Shown one piece after another: positions 52,253 to 64,000 of a stretch of 64,000 nucleotides of DNA (position 1 is its first letter; each line of letters opens with the position of its first letter). A model generated the notes under the pieces. The model ran no database searches. It saw only the letters and a list, made by a program, of their open reading frames with translations, and was not told where the DNA came from. The stretch is from Diadema antillarum (lineage: Eukaryota), in assembly GCF_040938485.1 (NCBI RefSeq), contig NW_027270912.1:1798001-1862000 (forward strand), in the 5' to 3' direction. The position numbers were made by a program, and so were the translations under genes.

Positions 52253-52332
52253 ACACATATCAATATTGCATATTATGACTATTTGGGGAATGCATCTCGG
52301 GGATTCTAACAGCATGGCTGCATGTTGCTCAC

Positions 52333-52497
52333 CGTTACAGAATCAGCTAGTCTAAGAGTAGCTCTCTTCAGACTCCCTACGCAGGATAAGATGAATGCGG
52401 CCTTCAAACCATGAGCCGTCACATACTGGAGAAGTCTGCTTTTTAGTTCCTCCCCAGGTCTCAGTCGAAGGCAGTGACATCGGAGACTGCTTTCCAT
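52333..52497 (-). CDS. PPC/DUF296 domain protein, first coding exon
   Basis: ATG at 52497, donor gtgagc, 165 nt, phase 0. Encodes MESSLRCHCLRLRPGEELKSRLLQYVTAHGLKAAFILSCVGSLKRATLRLADSVT (LRLxPGE and CVGSL motifs). A pyrimidine-rich acceptor ends at 52513, 15 nt upstream of the ATG. Confidence 0.88.
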
Positions 52498-53622
52498 ACT
52501 CAAAGTGTCATCCTTGAAACAGACAAAGAGGTCGCAAAAAGAATGAAGTCACTTACATTGTATATTTCCTCCTGAGATACATTTGTTTTTTTGATCAATG
52601 CACATTACCGAATCATCCACACAAACAAATTTGTGGTCTTTCAGGAGAAATATGTTACACATGATGGTATGATAATGCCAGTAGATACAATTCTTTGGTT
52701 AGGCTAACCCACTTCAAACATATTCCAGGTCCCCAGGTACTATTTCTGATATCACTTAGTTGTTTTTGGCAAGTTAACAAAGTTGTGATACAGACTATCC
52801 TCGCAAGCTTTTTTCCTCTATATGATTCAAACCAATTTGTCATATACCTACCATCAAATGCATTTGTTATGAAAGAATACTTCCTCTGAATTTGAGGAAT
52901 AACATCAGTGGATTCTCGTCTGTTTATAGACTTGTTTTTGTTGTCTTTTTTCGGGGAGAGGTTAGGCACAGTATGCTATGATTCTAATGGTAACTGCATT
53001 ATCATATGCATTTTGAACTCTTATGCTGTTTTCCACAAGGTGTCATGACTTTCTGAACACACACACAATTTAGATATTCACATACAGACATATCTGAACA
53101 TTGCTTCCATTACATTGGTCAATGAATGAGATGGTCAATTATAAAACTAATTGCCCTACATGGATGTACAACAGTTGCAATAAAGAAATAACTTGACAGA
53201 AGACTTTCATGACTTTGGTTTAATCTCATTCACTGCACTGTAACAAGAAACTAAGACAATTTCAAATTATTTAAAGATGGTGTTCAATCTGGTGCATACT
53301 TCGAGCCATGATTTCAACACAAACACATAGGCCTATAGTAGGTGAACCAGCTGGAAAAAAAAATCTTGAAACTTTTCGCTTAGTGGGCATATCAAAAACA
53401 AATTTAAATATCTGTAATACAGGATTTGGAGACTTTTTTAATATTCTTTTTTTGGGTACGTGGTGGGGGGGGGGGGGATTCAGTATGAGAATTTGTTTAT
53501 CAGAGTGAAAGAGAATTTGGTGAAGTGCATGAGAGGTGGCAGCCCTGCTTCTAAGTTCAAACAACAGTAACAATTAACATGTATTCATCACTGTTCATAG
53601 TGGCTCAATCCGAAAGGGTTAA

Positions 53623-54022
53623 AGGGGTGTATAGTTTTGGTTTAGATGTTGAGATGGGGATTGAGGTTTTTAACTTGTTATGGGGAAATTAGAAACCACT
53701 TATATGAAATACTAGAGAACATACAATTCTAGTAGGAGGTATTCAAAGTTTATTTGACAAAAATTGGTTTTGAAATGGCCAAGATACAAAAACAAAGGTC
53801 CTAATAATGAAAGGTGGGACCTACCTTATTCGGGGTCAGTTTGTTTCTAATACTTTGTGTTTGGATATCTCCGCCATTCTAAAACTGATTTTCGTCAAAT
53901 GAACTTTAAATTCCTCTTAGAATTGTGTGTTCGTTAATATGTCATATAAGTGGTTTATAATCATCTTGCTAACAGTTAAAAGTTGGATCCCCATCTCACT
54001 CAAAACTAGAGGCTATATACCC
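53623..54022. mobile_element. Kolobok-like family K1 copy 4
   Basis: ttaa|aggggtgtatagttttgg...gttgagatgggga ... ccccatctcac...ctatatacccac. Confidence 0.7.
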
Positions 54023-54199
54023 ACCCACCCCATACAATTATTTAACCACATATACACCACGTTTTAACAAAGTTTTTAAAAAAATGCAAACACCCACACC
54101 ACAATAAAAAATGTGGTAAAGCTTCTTGTTCTTCTGTCTGCCTCCTTCAATAAGACTAGAGAAGCCTTCCTGAGAACAGTGAAACACAGGCTAAATGAT

Positions 54200-54462
54200 T
54201 GTACCTGTACCTCCTGCCTGGCATGAAAGGAGGGGTACAAGCTGGATCTCGAGAGGGGGATACTGGCAACCCCGATTACCACTGCACTGGCCGGTGTGAT
54301 GTGGTAGGCGATTGATGCCGTCCGCGCTGGCGCTGCCGCATACGCTCGATCCCGTATGTGTACAGAGTTCGACCACACACACTCGGACGTGACTCGGATC
54401 GGACTCACATATCACACACTTGAATATGATTATCTGTGCAGTGACCGTTGTCAATTATCAAC
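54200..54462. promoter_or_regulatory. Putative bidirectional promoter and DUF296 5'-UTR exon, head-to-head with FAM161A
   Basis: CpG-rich island immediately upstream of the FAM161A ATG. Minus-strand donor CAG|GTACAA at 54205/54204. X-box-like GGATACTGGCAAC at 54258-54270. Confidence 0.45.
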
Positions 54463-56025
54463 ATGGCAACGGGACATACATTGTCCGTAGTTACCAATTC
54501 CTGTGTAAAAAGACCAAGAAAACCGAAAACCAACTTACCGGAGAGTCTCCTTGAGAGCCAGAAATTTTCCGAAGGGTCCAATTTCAACGGAGATGTATTT
54601 TCCTCTTCAGTTGGTGTAAACGGCCATAGAAGTGCCTACCACCAAGATGACGACTCGCACCTCGCTCAGTCCCACGTACGCGGAAATGTTGCTGGTTCTG
54701 CGATCTGGGCCGAGGACGCACTCATTGACCAACTTACTCATGATGTGGAAAACATCAGCAGTGAAGAGTTCTACGAACGATTACAAGAGCTGAAGAAAAA
54801 ACATCGAGCAACCCTAGAATCTCTGGAATCCAGGTACAATGAGAAGTTATCTCACAAACGTCGACAATCAGCCGACTACGAGTACGATGATGACAGTGAT
54901 AGAGAAGAATTATTGCATGAGACAGCTCGGTACTCAAGTCCAGCGAACGGCATTCACAGGGTTAAAGGGATGACGAGGAGCGGTCCAGTTTATGTTGCAG
55001 AACATAAACATAAGCATCTTGATGATGACTTGGAAAGGTTTAATCAAAGCTTACCTGCATGGTCAGCTTTGCCGAGAGACAATGTCAAAGATATGTCAGC
55101 TAAACCGCCAAGCGGAAGACCACATTCTGCATGGAATGACCGTTCATCCAGGTCCCGCAATCACACTCCTGACCCTCACCAGAAGAAAGATTGGTCAGAT
55201 ATTACGTGGACAAGTGGTAGTGAATGTTCAGCAACGACTGAAGAAATCTTATCGAGTGTCAACACATCCCTAAATTTGACGTTGAGCAAGCAGCCAGGTT
55301 CGCCAGCAAATGTGGTTGAAAACATGTGGGATGATTTCAACGTTGATTCATATGCCCCACGCTCCCGTAGTCTGTCAAGGTCATCAGCACGTAGTTCCAC
55401 AAGTCAGCAGAGCAAATCAAAGGAGTGGTCACCCAAAATAACAATACCCAAGCCTTTTTCCATGACTATGAGAGAATCAAGTATCGAACAAAAGAAGACC
55501 ACTAGAGCATCAATGGAAGTAGAACAGAAGCGTCTTGACAGAGAGAAGCAAGAAGAGATTGAATGTCAAAAGAAGTTTAAAGCAACTCCAGTGCCAGCGC
55601 ACACTTTCTTACCCCTCTATGATGAGCTCATGTCTCAGCAAGCAGAGAAGTCAAAGACCAATAGAGATAAAAGTAAGCAGAAGATCCTTGAAACCCAGAA
55701 ACCATTTAAATTGACCGACACAAAGAAACATCACCGATCGCATAGTGCTCCGTTGTCGATGAAGACAAAAACTCCCAAATTTAAGGCAAAGCCTGTGCCA
55801 ATGTCTGTCTTTGACCCCAGGGTTGATGAGCGCATCCTTGAGGAAGAGGAGTACCGCAAGATACGTATCCAGATGAGAGCAGAGGAGATGCTCAGACAGT
55901 CAACCCTTCCTCCAAACATGCAAATACGCGGCAAGGAGTACACTGATGGGAAACTGCGAATGAGCAAGATGAGGGAACGGGAGAAATTGGCATTCCTGAC
56001 AAGTGACCACAAATTTCAACCACAG
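54463..56025 (+). CDS. FAM161A: FAM161A (UPF0564 family, ciliary/centriolar) exon 1
   Basis: Starts MATGH (human FAM161A starts MATSH). Contains ITIPKPFSMTMRE, EEIECQKKFKATPVP and FKAKPVP family motifs. Donor cag|gtaagt. Confidence 0.9.
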
Positions 56026-56379
56026 GTAAGTTTAATCCAGATATTCTTTATACATGTATGCTTCCAATTGGGCAGTTAACTTTAATTGTGTATAAGCAGT
56101 GTAAATGCTATTATAGTTATGAATTAAGATGTCTTTTGCATTACAAATTAAATAATGTGATCTTACAGAAAGCAGCCAAAAAAAAAAACAAAAAAAAAAC
56201 TTATAATTGCTTACTTTCTTAAGAACTAATCCTCTTTCTATGATGAAGTATTTTTATTCTTATGATGTCCTTTGAAAAAAGACTTTGCTAATAAATATTA
56301 GAAGTGTTGCAGAATGTAACACTGTGTGCAATTCCATCTTTACAAACAATTTTGTTCAATCTTTGTCTGCATTCAACAG

Positions 56380-56603
56380 GTAAATGGGGAGATTCCTGAT
56401 TATGACGAGTTGTACCACAGGTTCCAGGCGGAGGTTCAACGGAAGAAGAGAGAGAAAGAGCCGACAGTGGTCGAGCCCTTCAATCTTCGAACAGCGAGGA
56501 TCCCATCTCGCAAAGCAAAGATCATTGCAGAAATGGAAGATGAGGAGAGGATGAGGAAAGAGGCTCTGCGAGGAACACTATCAAAATCAGCCTCATTAAG
56601 AAG
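56380..56603 (+). CDS. FAM161A: FAM161A exon 2
   Basis: caacag acceptor, gtatgc donor. Encodes VNGEIPDYDELYHRFQ...TVVEPFNLRTARIPSRK. Confidence 0.88.
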
Positions 56604-57055
56604 GTATGCTTGCAGTCACACATGTGCAAACAACTGCGAAGTGAATTTCTAATTACATTTTAGATAATTGGAATGTAATTGACAATGTACATATTGAGAT
56701 GCATTGAAGAGAAGTATCAGCAAATGTTATCTAACAGGGAAGATGGACCTCTGTGTGTGTCTGACATGTCATCCCCTTCAAACGGCTTTCTCACAAACTT
56801 CTATTCAAAATGAAAATCCTGAATGACCACTGGGCTAAAAGGTGCCAGAAAGTGCCAACCTGCCTAATATGATTGCGTTGACTTCTTATGTACATTTTGC
56901 ATATGAAATGAACGGACAGTTGCAAGGCATTTTTTTGTTTATATTGTATAAAGAGATCCAGATTTGCAGTGCACAAATTTACTTACTAAGTTTGCAATAT
57001 GTAATATTGTCCTTTTCTTTCATTTACTTGTATTACAAACACACAATCTGAACAG

Positions 57056-57295
57056 GTCCATCGATAGTGGGGATACCATACCATCAAAGACCACAGCATC
57101 CACCGAGCTGAGGAAGAGTGTCACAGCAAGGGCTCTGATGGACAAAGCTGAGAAGGAGAAGGCTGAACTGGAGAAGCAACGGCAGCAGCGCTACAAGCAG
57201 AAGCGCCTCCAGAGATTCATCGCAAGCAAAGCTCAGGCCAACGACACGTCCAGGAGCTTGGAGGCTACCAACCATGAAAAGCTGAGGCAGTACAA
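57056..57295 (+). CDS. FAM161A: FAM161A exon 3
   Basis: aacag acceptor, gtcagt donor, phase 2/2 matches its neighbours. Coiled-coil-like sequence (TTASTELRKS...KEKAELEKQRQQRYKQKRLQR). Confidence 0.85.
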
Positions 57296-57333
57296 GTCAG
57301 TGCATTGCAGCCATAAGAGAACATTCCTAGAAT

Positions 57334-57467
57334 CAGGGCTCAACATTAGCAGTGGCCTGGGGCAACTAAAGAGTGATGTCAGGCCACCAATTTTCCAAAT
57401 TGGCTATCTTTTGGTGGCCCGAATGGGTCACCAGAGAAATACAAACATAAGTTAGTGTCGCGCCCTG
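57334..57467. mobile_element. Short internally deleted hAT-like MITE related to 23466-23906
   Basis: cagggctcaacattagc / gttagtgtcgcgccctg termini, with an internal ggtggccc motif. Confidence 0.6.
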
Positions 57468-57728
57468 CTATGATGATGATAACATTGATAATGATAGATA
57501 GTCTTATTCTTCGATTATTATGTTTGCCTTCAGTCCAGTGAAGCCACATTTATCGCATTTCAACTTGTTATAGTGAATATTGATTTGGGGATTCTTCGGA
57601 GGGTTTTCTGAAAATATGTGAAAGCTGACTTTGAGATGAAAAGAATACTGCATGAATGTACACCCTCCATGCTCTCTGTAACATTCTTCTTTCTCACTTA
57701 ATTCTGTGTGTCTGTATTTGTTAATGTA

Positions 57729-57949
57729 CTGTATACGCCGTTATTTTCGCGTACAGATATTTTCACGAATGACGAGGTCATAGACATTTTCACGAGGTGT
57801 TGTTTTCGCGAGTTGACGCCGACGCTTACGTTAATGCTCTATCAGCAAAGCGCAAGGAGACAATTTCGCGTGTTGTTAAATTCGCGAACCAACTGCAATT
57901 CGCGAAATTCGCGAAAATTAAACCCTCGCGAAAATAACGGCGTATACAG
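57729..57949. mobile_element. TA-flanked Tc1/mariner-like MITE in a FAM161A intron
   Basis: TA|ctgtatacgccgttattttcgcg ... cgcgaaaataacggcgtatacag|TA, a perfect 23-bp TIR. Confidence 0.85.
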
Positions 57950-58404
57950 TAAATGAAATTATCAGGTATATCTGAATAATTGAAAAATGTAACAAATGCA
58001 AACAGAAGAAAACTGACCAGAAATGAATATAATTTATTAGTGGAAAATTAAGCATAGAAAATGGGATTCCATCAAATGTGTACACAAAAAGATAAAGCAT
58101 AGGGTAGACACTTAATGTCTTCTCATCAAGCAACCACTCTTTGTAGTTTGATATTATTTGACTGAAATCAAAAAGTAATAGTGTAGGCAAATTCTCACAT
58201 GACATCCAAAACAGAAGCATACCTATGGCAATTTTGGTGTCAAACATTCATCTACCCTAGATTTTTGTGTGGATGTGACATGAGAAAGTGTAAGTTAATA
58301 TTTCAACCATCCTGATCAAAGTATTCTGAGTGAAATGATGTTCAAATATCCCTGTTCATGTAACATATATTATGTTTGTCATGTTGTCTTTCTTATATTT
58401 GTAG

Positions 58405-58504
58405 GCAAGCAGACAAGGAGAGGGAGGAGGAATATGAGAGAGAGCTGCAAGAAATGATGGCCAGGATTGAATCACGCCCTCTCTTGTTTGAAAGAGAGAC
58501 AGAG
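58405..58504 (+). CDS. FAM161A: FAM161A exon 4
   Basis: ttgtag acceptor, gtaagt donor. Encodes QADKEREEEYERELQEMMARIESRPLLFERETE, with the RPLLFE family motif. Not in the ORF track. Confidence 0.88.
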
Positions 58505-59566
58505 GTAAGTCTTGTTGCTGATTTTTTTTTCTATAACAATTTTCTACACTAAGTAAAACAATGATATGAACTAAATTGAAATGATCGTTCCTTCTGTTAG
58601 ATACCTCTCGAAACTGGTGTATGTGTCTGCTTTTTATCGCAATGGTGGCATTGCTTTTAACTGGTTAAGATTATATTCTCATTCAGTTTGGTTTGTGTAT
58701 TGCACTGGGACAAAGCTCTTGCATGTTTTTAGTACAGAAGTATTCGTATGTTTTGCATTGCTTTGTTTTGAGTGAAAAAAAAAGAGAAACTAAACTAGAA
58801 ATCATGATGCCTAATTATTCATACAGTAGATACAAGCTGTGCATGATATATTTGGTAGGCCAGTCACAAGAGAGCAACAATGAAAGACAAATTAAAGCAT
58901 ATTGAAGGCATTGTGCTGTTAAAGATGATAGAATGAATGTGATTATGTACAATGTAGAACCTTATGTTGTGTTCAGAATTATTTTCCCTATCTTTAAACA
59001 GCTCATTTTAGTTATTTGATGTCTTGACACTTTCCACGGCAATTTGGGTATGTGTCGTAGATGGTACTGACTCATCTCTCGCCTGAATCTAAATTGCAGT
59101 GGCTGCAATGAGTTCATTACTGGCATATTAACTTTCTCATAGAGTGGCTGTCACATTATTATCTACCTACAATGTATGACCAATCCACAGGTCATGGCAG
59201 GGAACATTTTTACATTGTACTTCATATGTGCATTAATTGTACATGTTATGAGCCATTTTACATCCTCTACTTGAATGATTTAATGAAGGAACTCGCACCA
59301 TGAAATTAGATCTATGGATACTGTCAGCAGATAAAGACAATACGTATGTGTTGTGTGATAAATAAAGAGAAAATACTTGTACCAGTGACCAGCAGCATCT
59401 GTTTCTGTCATGCCATGCTTCTTTCAGTTTTGATTTGGTATGTAGGGAAATAATTACAGGTATAACATTTTGTACTCCATTCTGTCCTTGATGATGATGA
59501 TGAATAATCACAATGATGAATCACTCACATCTTTGTGTTCTATGTCTTTCCCTTCACCACTCACAG

Positions 59567-59815
59567 CTGAACGCCAAGAAACGGGCGGAGCGAAAGTACG
59601 AGGAAGCGCTGAGGAGCGCCGGCATCAGCGAAGACTTCCTGGTGAAGAAGGGTCGCCGAGGCGTGACCGCATCCTCCAGCAGCTTTTCCAGGGGAGCAGG
59701 GGAGGAGGAGAGCGAGAGCGAGGCCAGCTATAATTACGGAGACGACGATGACTTCGGGCAGGACAGCGATGGTGAGAGGGATGAGGAAGATGAGGTATCT
59801 TCCACTGGAGATTAG
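59567..59815 (+). CDS. FAM161A: FAM161A probable last coding exon
   Basis: ctcacag acceptor. Encodes LNAKKRAERKYEEALRSAGISEDFLVKKG plus an acidic tail, ending at TAG 59813-59815. An alternative donor gag|gtatct just upstream cannot be excluded. Confidence 0.78.
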   Translation: MNAKKRAERKYEEALRSAGISEDFLVKKGRRGVTASSSSFSRGAGEEESESEASYNYGDDDDFGQDSDGERDEEDEVSSTGD

Positions 59816-61518
59816 AGTTTTTTTGAGAGGACAGAATTCCAAATGGGATCATTAGCTTTTGTTTTTGTTTGTTTTTTTCTTTAGAGCAGGTATTGGCTTT
59901 AAAGTAAAACTTGATATGTGAGAGTAGATATACTCTAGATAATTTCCTCTTTTCATGCTTGATCCCATCGATATTCTTGAAAGATCTCAAGTTGGAGCAG
60001 TCAAAGCCTTTGTCCAACATGGAGATTCTTGTTACAATAATTGATCTTCATAAGGCATTGTTATGGTTAGGTCTTATCAGAGCGTGGCTCAAATTAGAAA
60101 TTGATCATTTTAATGTAAGCTCATGTTTGTAAGATAGTTTGTATGTACATAAATGTATTATAATGCCCTGTCACAGTCCCTATCAAGTTGTCGTGTGAAT
60201 TGAACAGGATTACGTAGCTCAACTGAAACAAGAAAACAGAATATCAGCAAATCACATGTTGTTATTGTCTGCACTGACAGCTATTTTGGCCATTGACCTT
60301 CACCTCATATTTATGACATTTGACATTCTTATCCAATGGTAGTAAGTTTTTGTTGGTATGAGTGTATCCACACTTCGAGTCCATATCAAATTAGATATTT
60401 TGTCAACAGGAAATGCAAGAATGGACAAACCTTCAAACAATCCATCAGCACTACTGTGAAAATTGATTACTGCAAGATTCAGAGTCAGGGTCAAAGTTAG
60501 AAAGGTTGAAATTCATGTGACAATCTTTGGGTTCAGTACAAGGGAATCTGAATGAACAAAAAAAAGATAAGAATAAAGAAGATGTTCAACCTATGTACAA
60601 ATTGATCGCTGACATGAAAGGAAGTCAAACAATTTATGATAGTGTAGGCAGAAACATATATACACACCCAGTGATAAAAGTATCACTTCTGTGGTGTTAA
60701 ATTTTATGGCTCATGAAGTTCATCTAGAGTTACATATCAGTACTGGGTAGACCATTTCTGTTCTCTAGGATATGTTAATGTTTATTTCACAGTGCACAAC
60801 CTACTATTCAAGACTGTGTTCAAACATTTCTCTCATCTTTTCATCATCATAGGCATTGATACTGAATATTCATAATGATTAAACTCAGTAGAATTTATAC
60901 AGTATATTATATGTATGTCGATAACCCAGTTCAACAGTACTGAAGTTTGTGAGAGGACATGTGGTATAATATTTGGATGAAAGATACTGTTGTATGTGTA
61001 CATTGATTCCAGTGGCAATCATTTGCTTTAATTCTGGTCTTGTACTAAAATCTGAATCCCTCTCAGGTTCAGCACCATGATTTTCTTCAAATTTCCTCAC
61101 TCTTGAGAAATATATTTTGATTTCAAAGTCATTGTCATGGTTGTGTCTGACATAGATAGACTGTCAGGACTTGGTTCAAATTGGAGGTTGATCCTTATCT
61201 TCTCTATCAAATAGTAGTGAATTGTGTCTTTCAAAAAGCTGCAGTCTGTACCATTACATCTTGTACAAGCCAACACATTACTTTCTGTTTTTGTGAGTTG
61301 GTGATTTTTCTTGTCTTTTAATTCATCTGTGCCTTGTAAGTTGTACATTCACAGTTCTGTGATGTAGAATAGAAATATTTCTGTGCAGGCCTGTGTTGTT
61401 TATTTTTGTATCCATTTATCATTATCATCTTTAACATCCATGTCACAGTGCACGGATGCTATAAAGTACTTGTACATATTCACAATTGCATAGATTTCCA
61501 GTGCAGACACTCGACCTG

Positions 61519-61653
61519 GGGACCGTTTCATGAAACTTTTTGTCGGTGATTTACACCGACACCTGTTAAAAGCTACTGAAATCCTTGCGTCTGATTGGCT
61601 GATAGCAAATTCGTCGGTGAAAACCTCCGACGAACTCGTTGATGAAACGCCCC
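61519..61653. mobile_element. Small Harbinger-like MITE with possible CTG TSD
   Basis: ctg|gggaccgtttcatgaa ... gatgaaacgcccc|ctg, with internal inverted tgtcggtg / caccgaca. Confidence 0.5.
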
Positions 61654-62527
61654 CTGATGTCCTAGTATTATTAAAACTTGTCGGTTGCAAGTCGGCAGCA
61701 TTTAATTCTGATTGGTCCATGTTAAATTGCAAGTGACTGGTGGCTTGAGCAGTCATTTCCTAAGTTTAATGTGAAGAGACAAAGTCCAGTGATGAAATAT
61801 TTGAATCCTTGAGTAGGCAGACCCCATATTTGCATTTCACAGAATATTGCTTGTAGTCAGTACTACATCATGTCACCTCAAGAGATGTCATCGATATTCC
61901 TACTGTTATACTGTTGTATTGATTTTCAGTGGAAAGCTTTGTAATGTATAATACAGTTACAAGTTATTCGAGTCTATGTAGTAATACCTAGTGTATGATA
62001 AATACTTTATGGTTTGGATGTGAATTCAATTTGCAAACTACTGATATCACCTTGACTTTCTGTGAGTGTCAATATGTGTGAATAATTGAAATAAAATGTT
62101 AGCTGATGACAACTAGATGTGATATGTTTACTGAATACACTGTTCTTGAAGACTTCCTATATTTATGACGTATACATATGAATGCTCTACACTGTGTGAG
62201 TTTTTGAGAGATGTGTGTGTGTTTCATTTTTTTTTTTTAACCACTGCACAGGTGTACAGACAAACACAATTTTTTTCTTTCTTTTTTTTTTTGGGGGGGG
62301 GGGGGGAAGGAGAAGGGAGGGGGAGGGTTGGCATGGGGTCATTCAACTGCCAGTTTATATTGTGTTTCTCAGACTATTTGCATCAATTGATTATGGGGGG
62401 GGGGGGGGTTAAGTAGCTATCAATGAATGGTGGCAATACATATATCTAACAAGTATACCTACATGTTTTAGATGTGCATGATTAATGTATCATGTTGAGA
62501 TTTCATGTATTGGCTCTACGAAGAAAG

Positions 62528-62654
62528 GAAGAGACAAACTGGTAATGCATTTTTGGGCAATAAAGTCGAATAAACTCAGACTCCTGAAGAAGGCATAGGG
62601 TATAAATTCATGCTTTATTGGCAAAAAAAAATGCATTACCAGTTTTGTTTCTTC
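62528..62654. repeat. Imperfect inverted repeat (~40-bp arms) next to a (TG)(TA)n tract
   Basis: gaagagacaaactggtaatgcatttttgggcaataaag versus ctttattggcaaaaaaaaatgcattaccagttttgtttcttc. Confidence 0.75.
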
Positions 62655-62661
62655 ATTTATA

Positions 62662-62715
<54 letters not shown>

Positions 62716-63261
62716 ATTTGCTCCGCGTATTGGCAGTACTAGAAATAGTAATAATAATGTCACAATAGAGTAATGCATTAAATTCATATTGCCTTGATTT
62801 TAATTCAAAATCAGAATTTTCTGGGGCCTCCCCCTTCGTCAGGGATGAAAGTGCCTATGAATTTTTGAATTTTTTTAACGTGAAAATTCATACATATATA
62901 TATATATATATACAGATATATAAACTGTATCACAAACAGAATACATTGTACCTTCATTCAAATCAGAAGCAAATTGATGTCGGAGAGACATAAAAGATAT
63001 ATGAATGGAAATATACAGTTCTTATACATGTTTTTACCCCAATTGCAAAAGCTGTCACCATGCATCTTCACACAGAATTTCTGGGATGTTTAGGAATATG
63101 AAACCGCATAAGTGCCCACGAATCCATAATTTTTGTACATTCCCATGCATACAGATATCATGCTACTGTGCAGACTTTCTTTATGAATTGAAATAACTTA
63201 AATATATAAAGGCCCCTAATATAAGATGAATCAGTAATGTGCCCCCCAAAAATATGTGCAC

Positions 63262-63322
<61 letters not shown>

Positions 63323-64000
63323 CTCTCAGGTTACTAAAAAAAAAAGATCTGTTCTGCAGATGTTACAGAAAAAGCAAGTAAAAGGGAAAAAACATGTATA
63401 TGAGTAATTTAATTAATTTATCTTCTTTGGGTAATGTATGGATGTTTATCAGGCCCTAGCTATTAAATTAGTTCAATGATCAAAGAGTGTGCAGCTGCTT
63501 GGTTCAAATCCCATTTGGAGTGTCATTCACGTTAGTCTCTTTCACTCTCTTTGTATTCATAAAATATGTGTAAGGTATAGTTACAGGCCACCTTTAGGTT
63601 GTATGCTGGGTTTGGGGTTTTGTTTTGTTTATCTATTTTTTTTGGGGGGGGGGTCCCAGGGTTTTTCTCTCTTATCATACACTCTTTTTCTTTTCCTTTT
63701 TTTTTTTTCTTTCGGAAAGTACTGTTTCTGGAGGATACAAAAACTGACTGTCAACTTCGTACACATCCCACTCCTACTCTTGTACTAGGATTTTGTTCGG
63801 GATTTTCAATACTTTTTACCCATGCGCTCTGGTTGTTGCACCTGTCAGTAGTACACTGTACTGTTTTTGTACAGTACTACTACTACGAGTAGTCATCCGA
63901 CTTCACGTCGGTGAGCATTTTTGTGCACGCGAGAAACTCCGTGTTTAGCTAGCTGTGGTTAGGTGCGTTGTATGGCCTCATTTAGCAAAATATGCATATT

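Noticed and set aside
54076-54408. 110-aa minus-strand ORF as a coding extension of the DUF296 gene
   Set aside because: No in-frame ATG; better explained as 5' UTR or promoter sequence.
59561-60020. Minus-strand ORFs overlapping FAM161A exon 5
   Set aside because: Shadow frames of the GC-rich plus-strand exon.
62790-62850. Minus-strand CTGACGA-AGGGG-GAGG-CCCCA-GAAA, hammerhead-like
   Set aside because: Extra unpaired bases at the base of stem II and no stem I complement; at best a decayed motif.

Overview
AT-rich eukaryotic genomic DNA from an invertebrate animal, most likely an echinoderm (sea-urchin-like). That assignment is an inference from gene content, GT-AG introns, microsatellites and repeat types. 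The assembly is a draft with six N gaps. Four protein-coding genes are supported. (1) An intronless ANKRD63-like ankyrin-repeat gene (6112-7752, +). (2) FCF1/UTP24 (four exons, 43511-47206, +), whose first ~23 codons I could not find in the window. (3) A three-exon, 138-aa stand-alone PPC/DUF296-domain gene (49048-52497, -), tail-to-tail with FCF1. (4) FAM161A (five exons, 54463-59815, +, ~791 aa), head-to-head with the DUF296 gene. The ~35 kb between ANKRD63 and FCF1 has no convincing exons. That stretch and the introns carry many non-autonomous elements: Kolobok-like TTAA elements, hAT-like MITEs (one family with 6-bp TSDs), Tc1/mariner-pogo, Harbinger-like and piggyBac-like MITEs, and Helentron-type HINEs. 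More unusual items are a 1.4-mer tRNA-containing insertion with a 10-bp TSD, tiny hairpin insertions and a recurring TAGGCCTA palindrome. No rRNA, intact tRNA or CRISPR array was seen.
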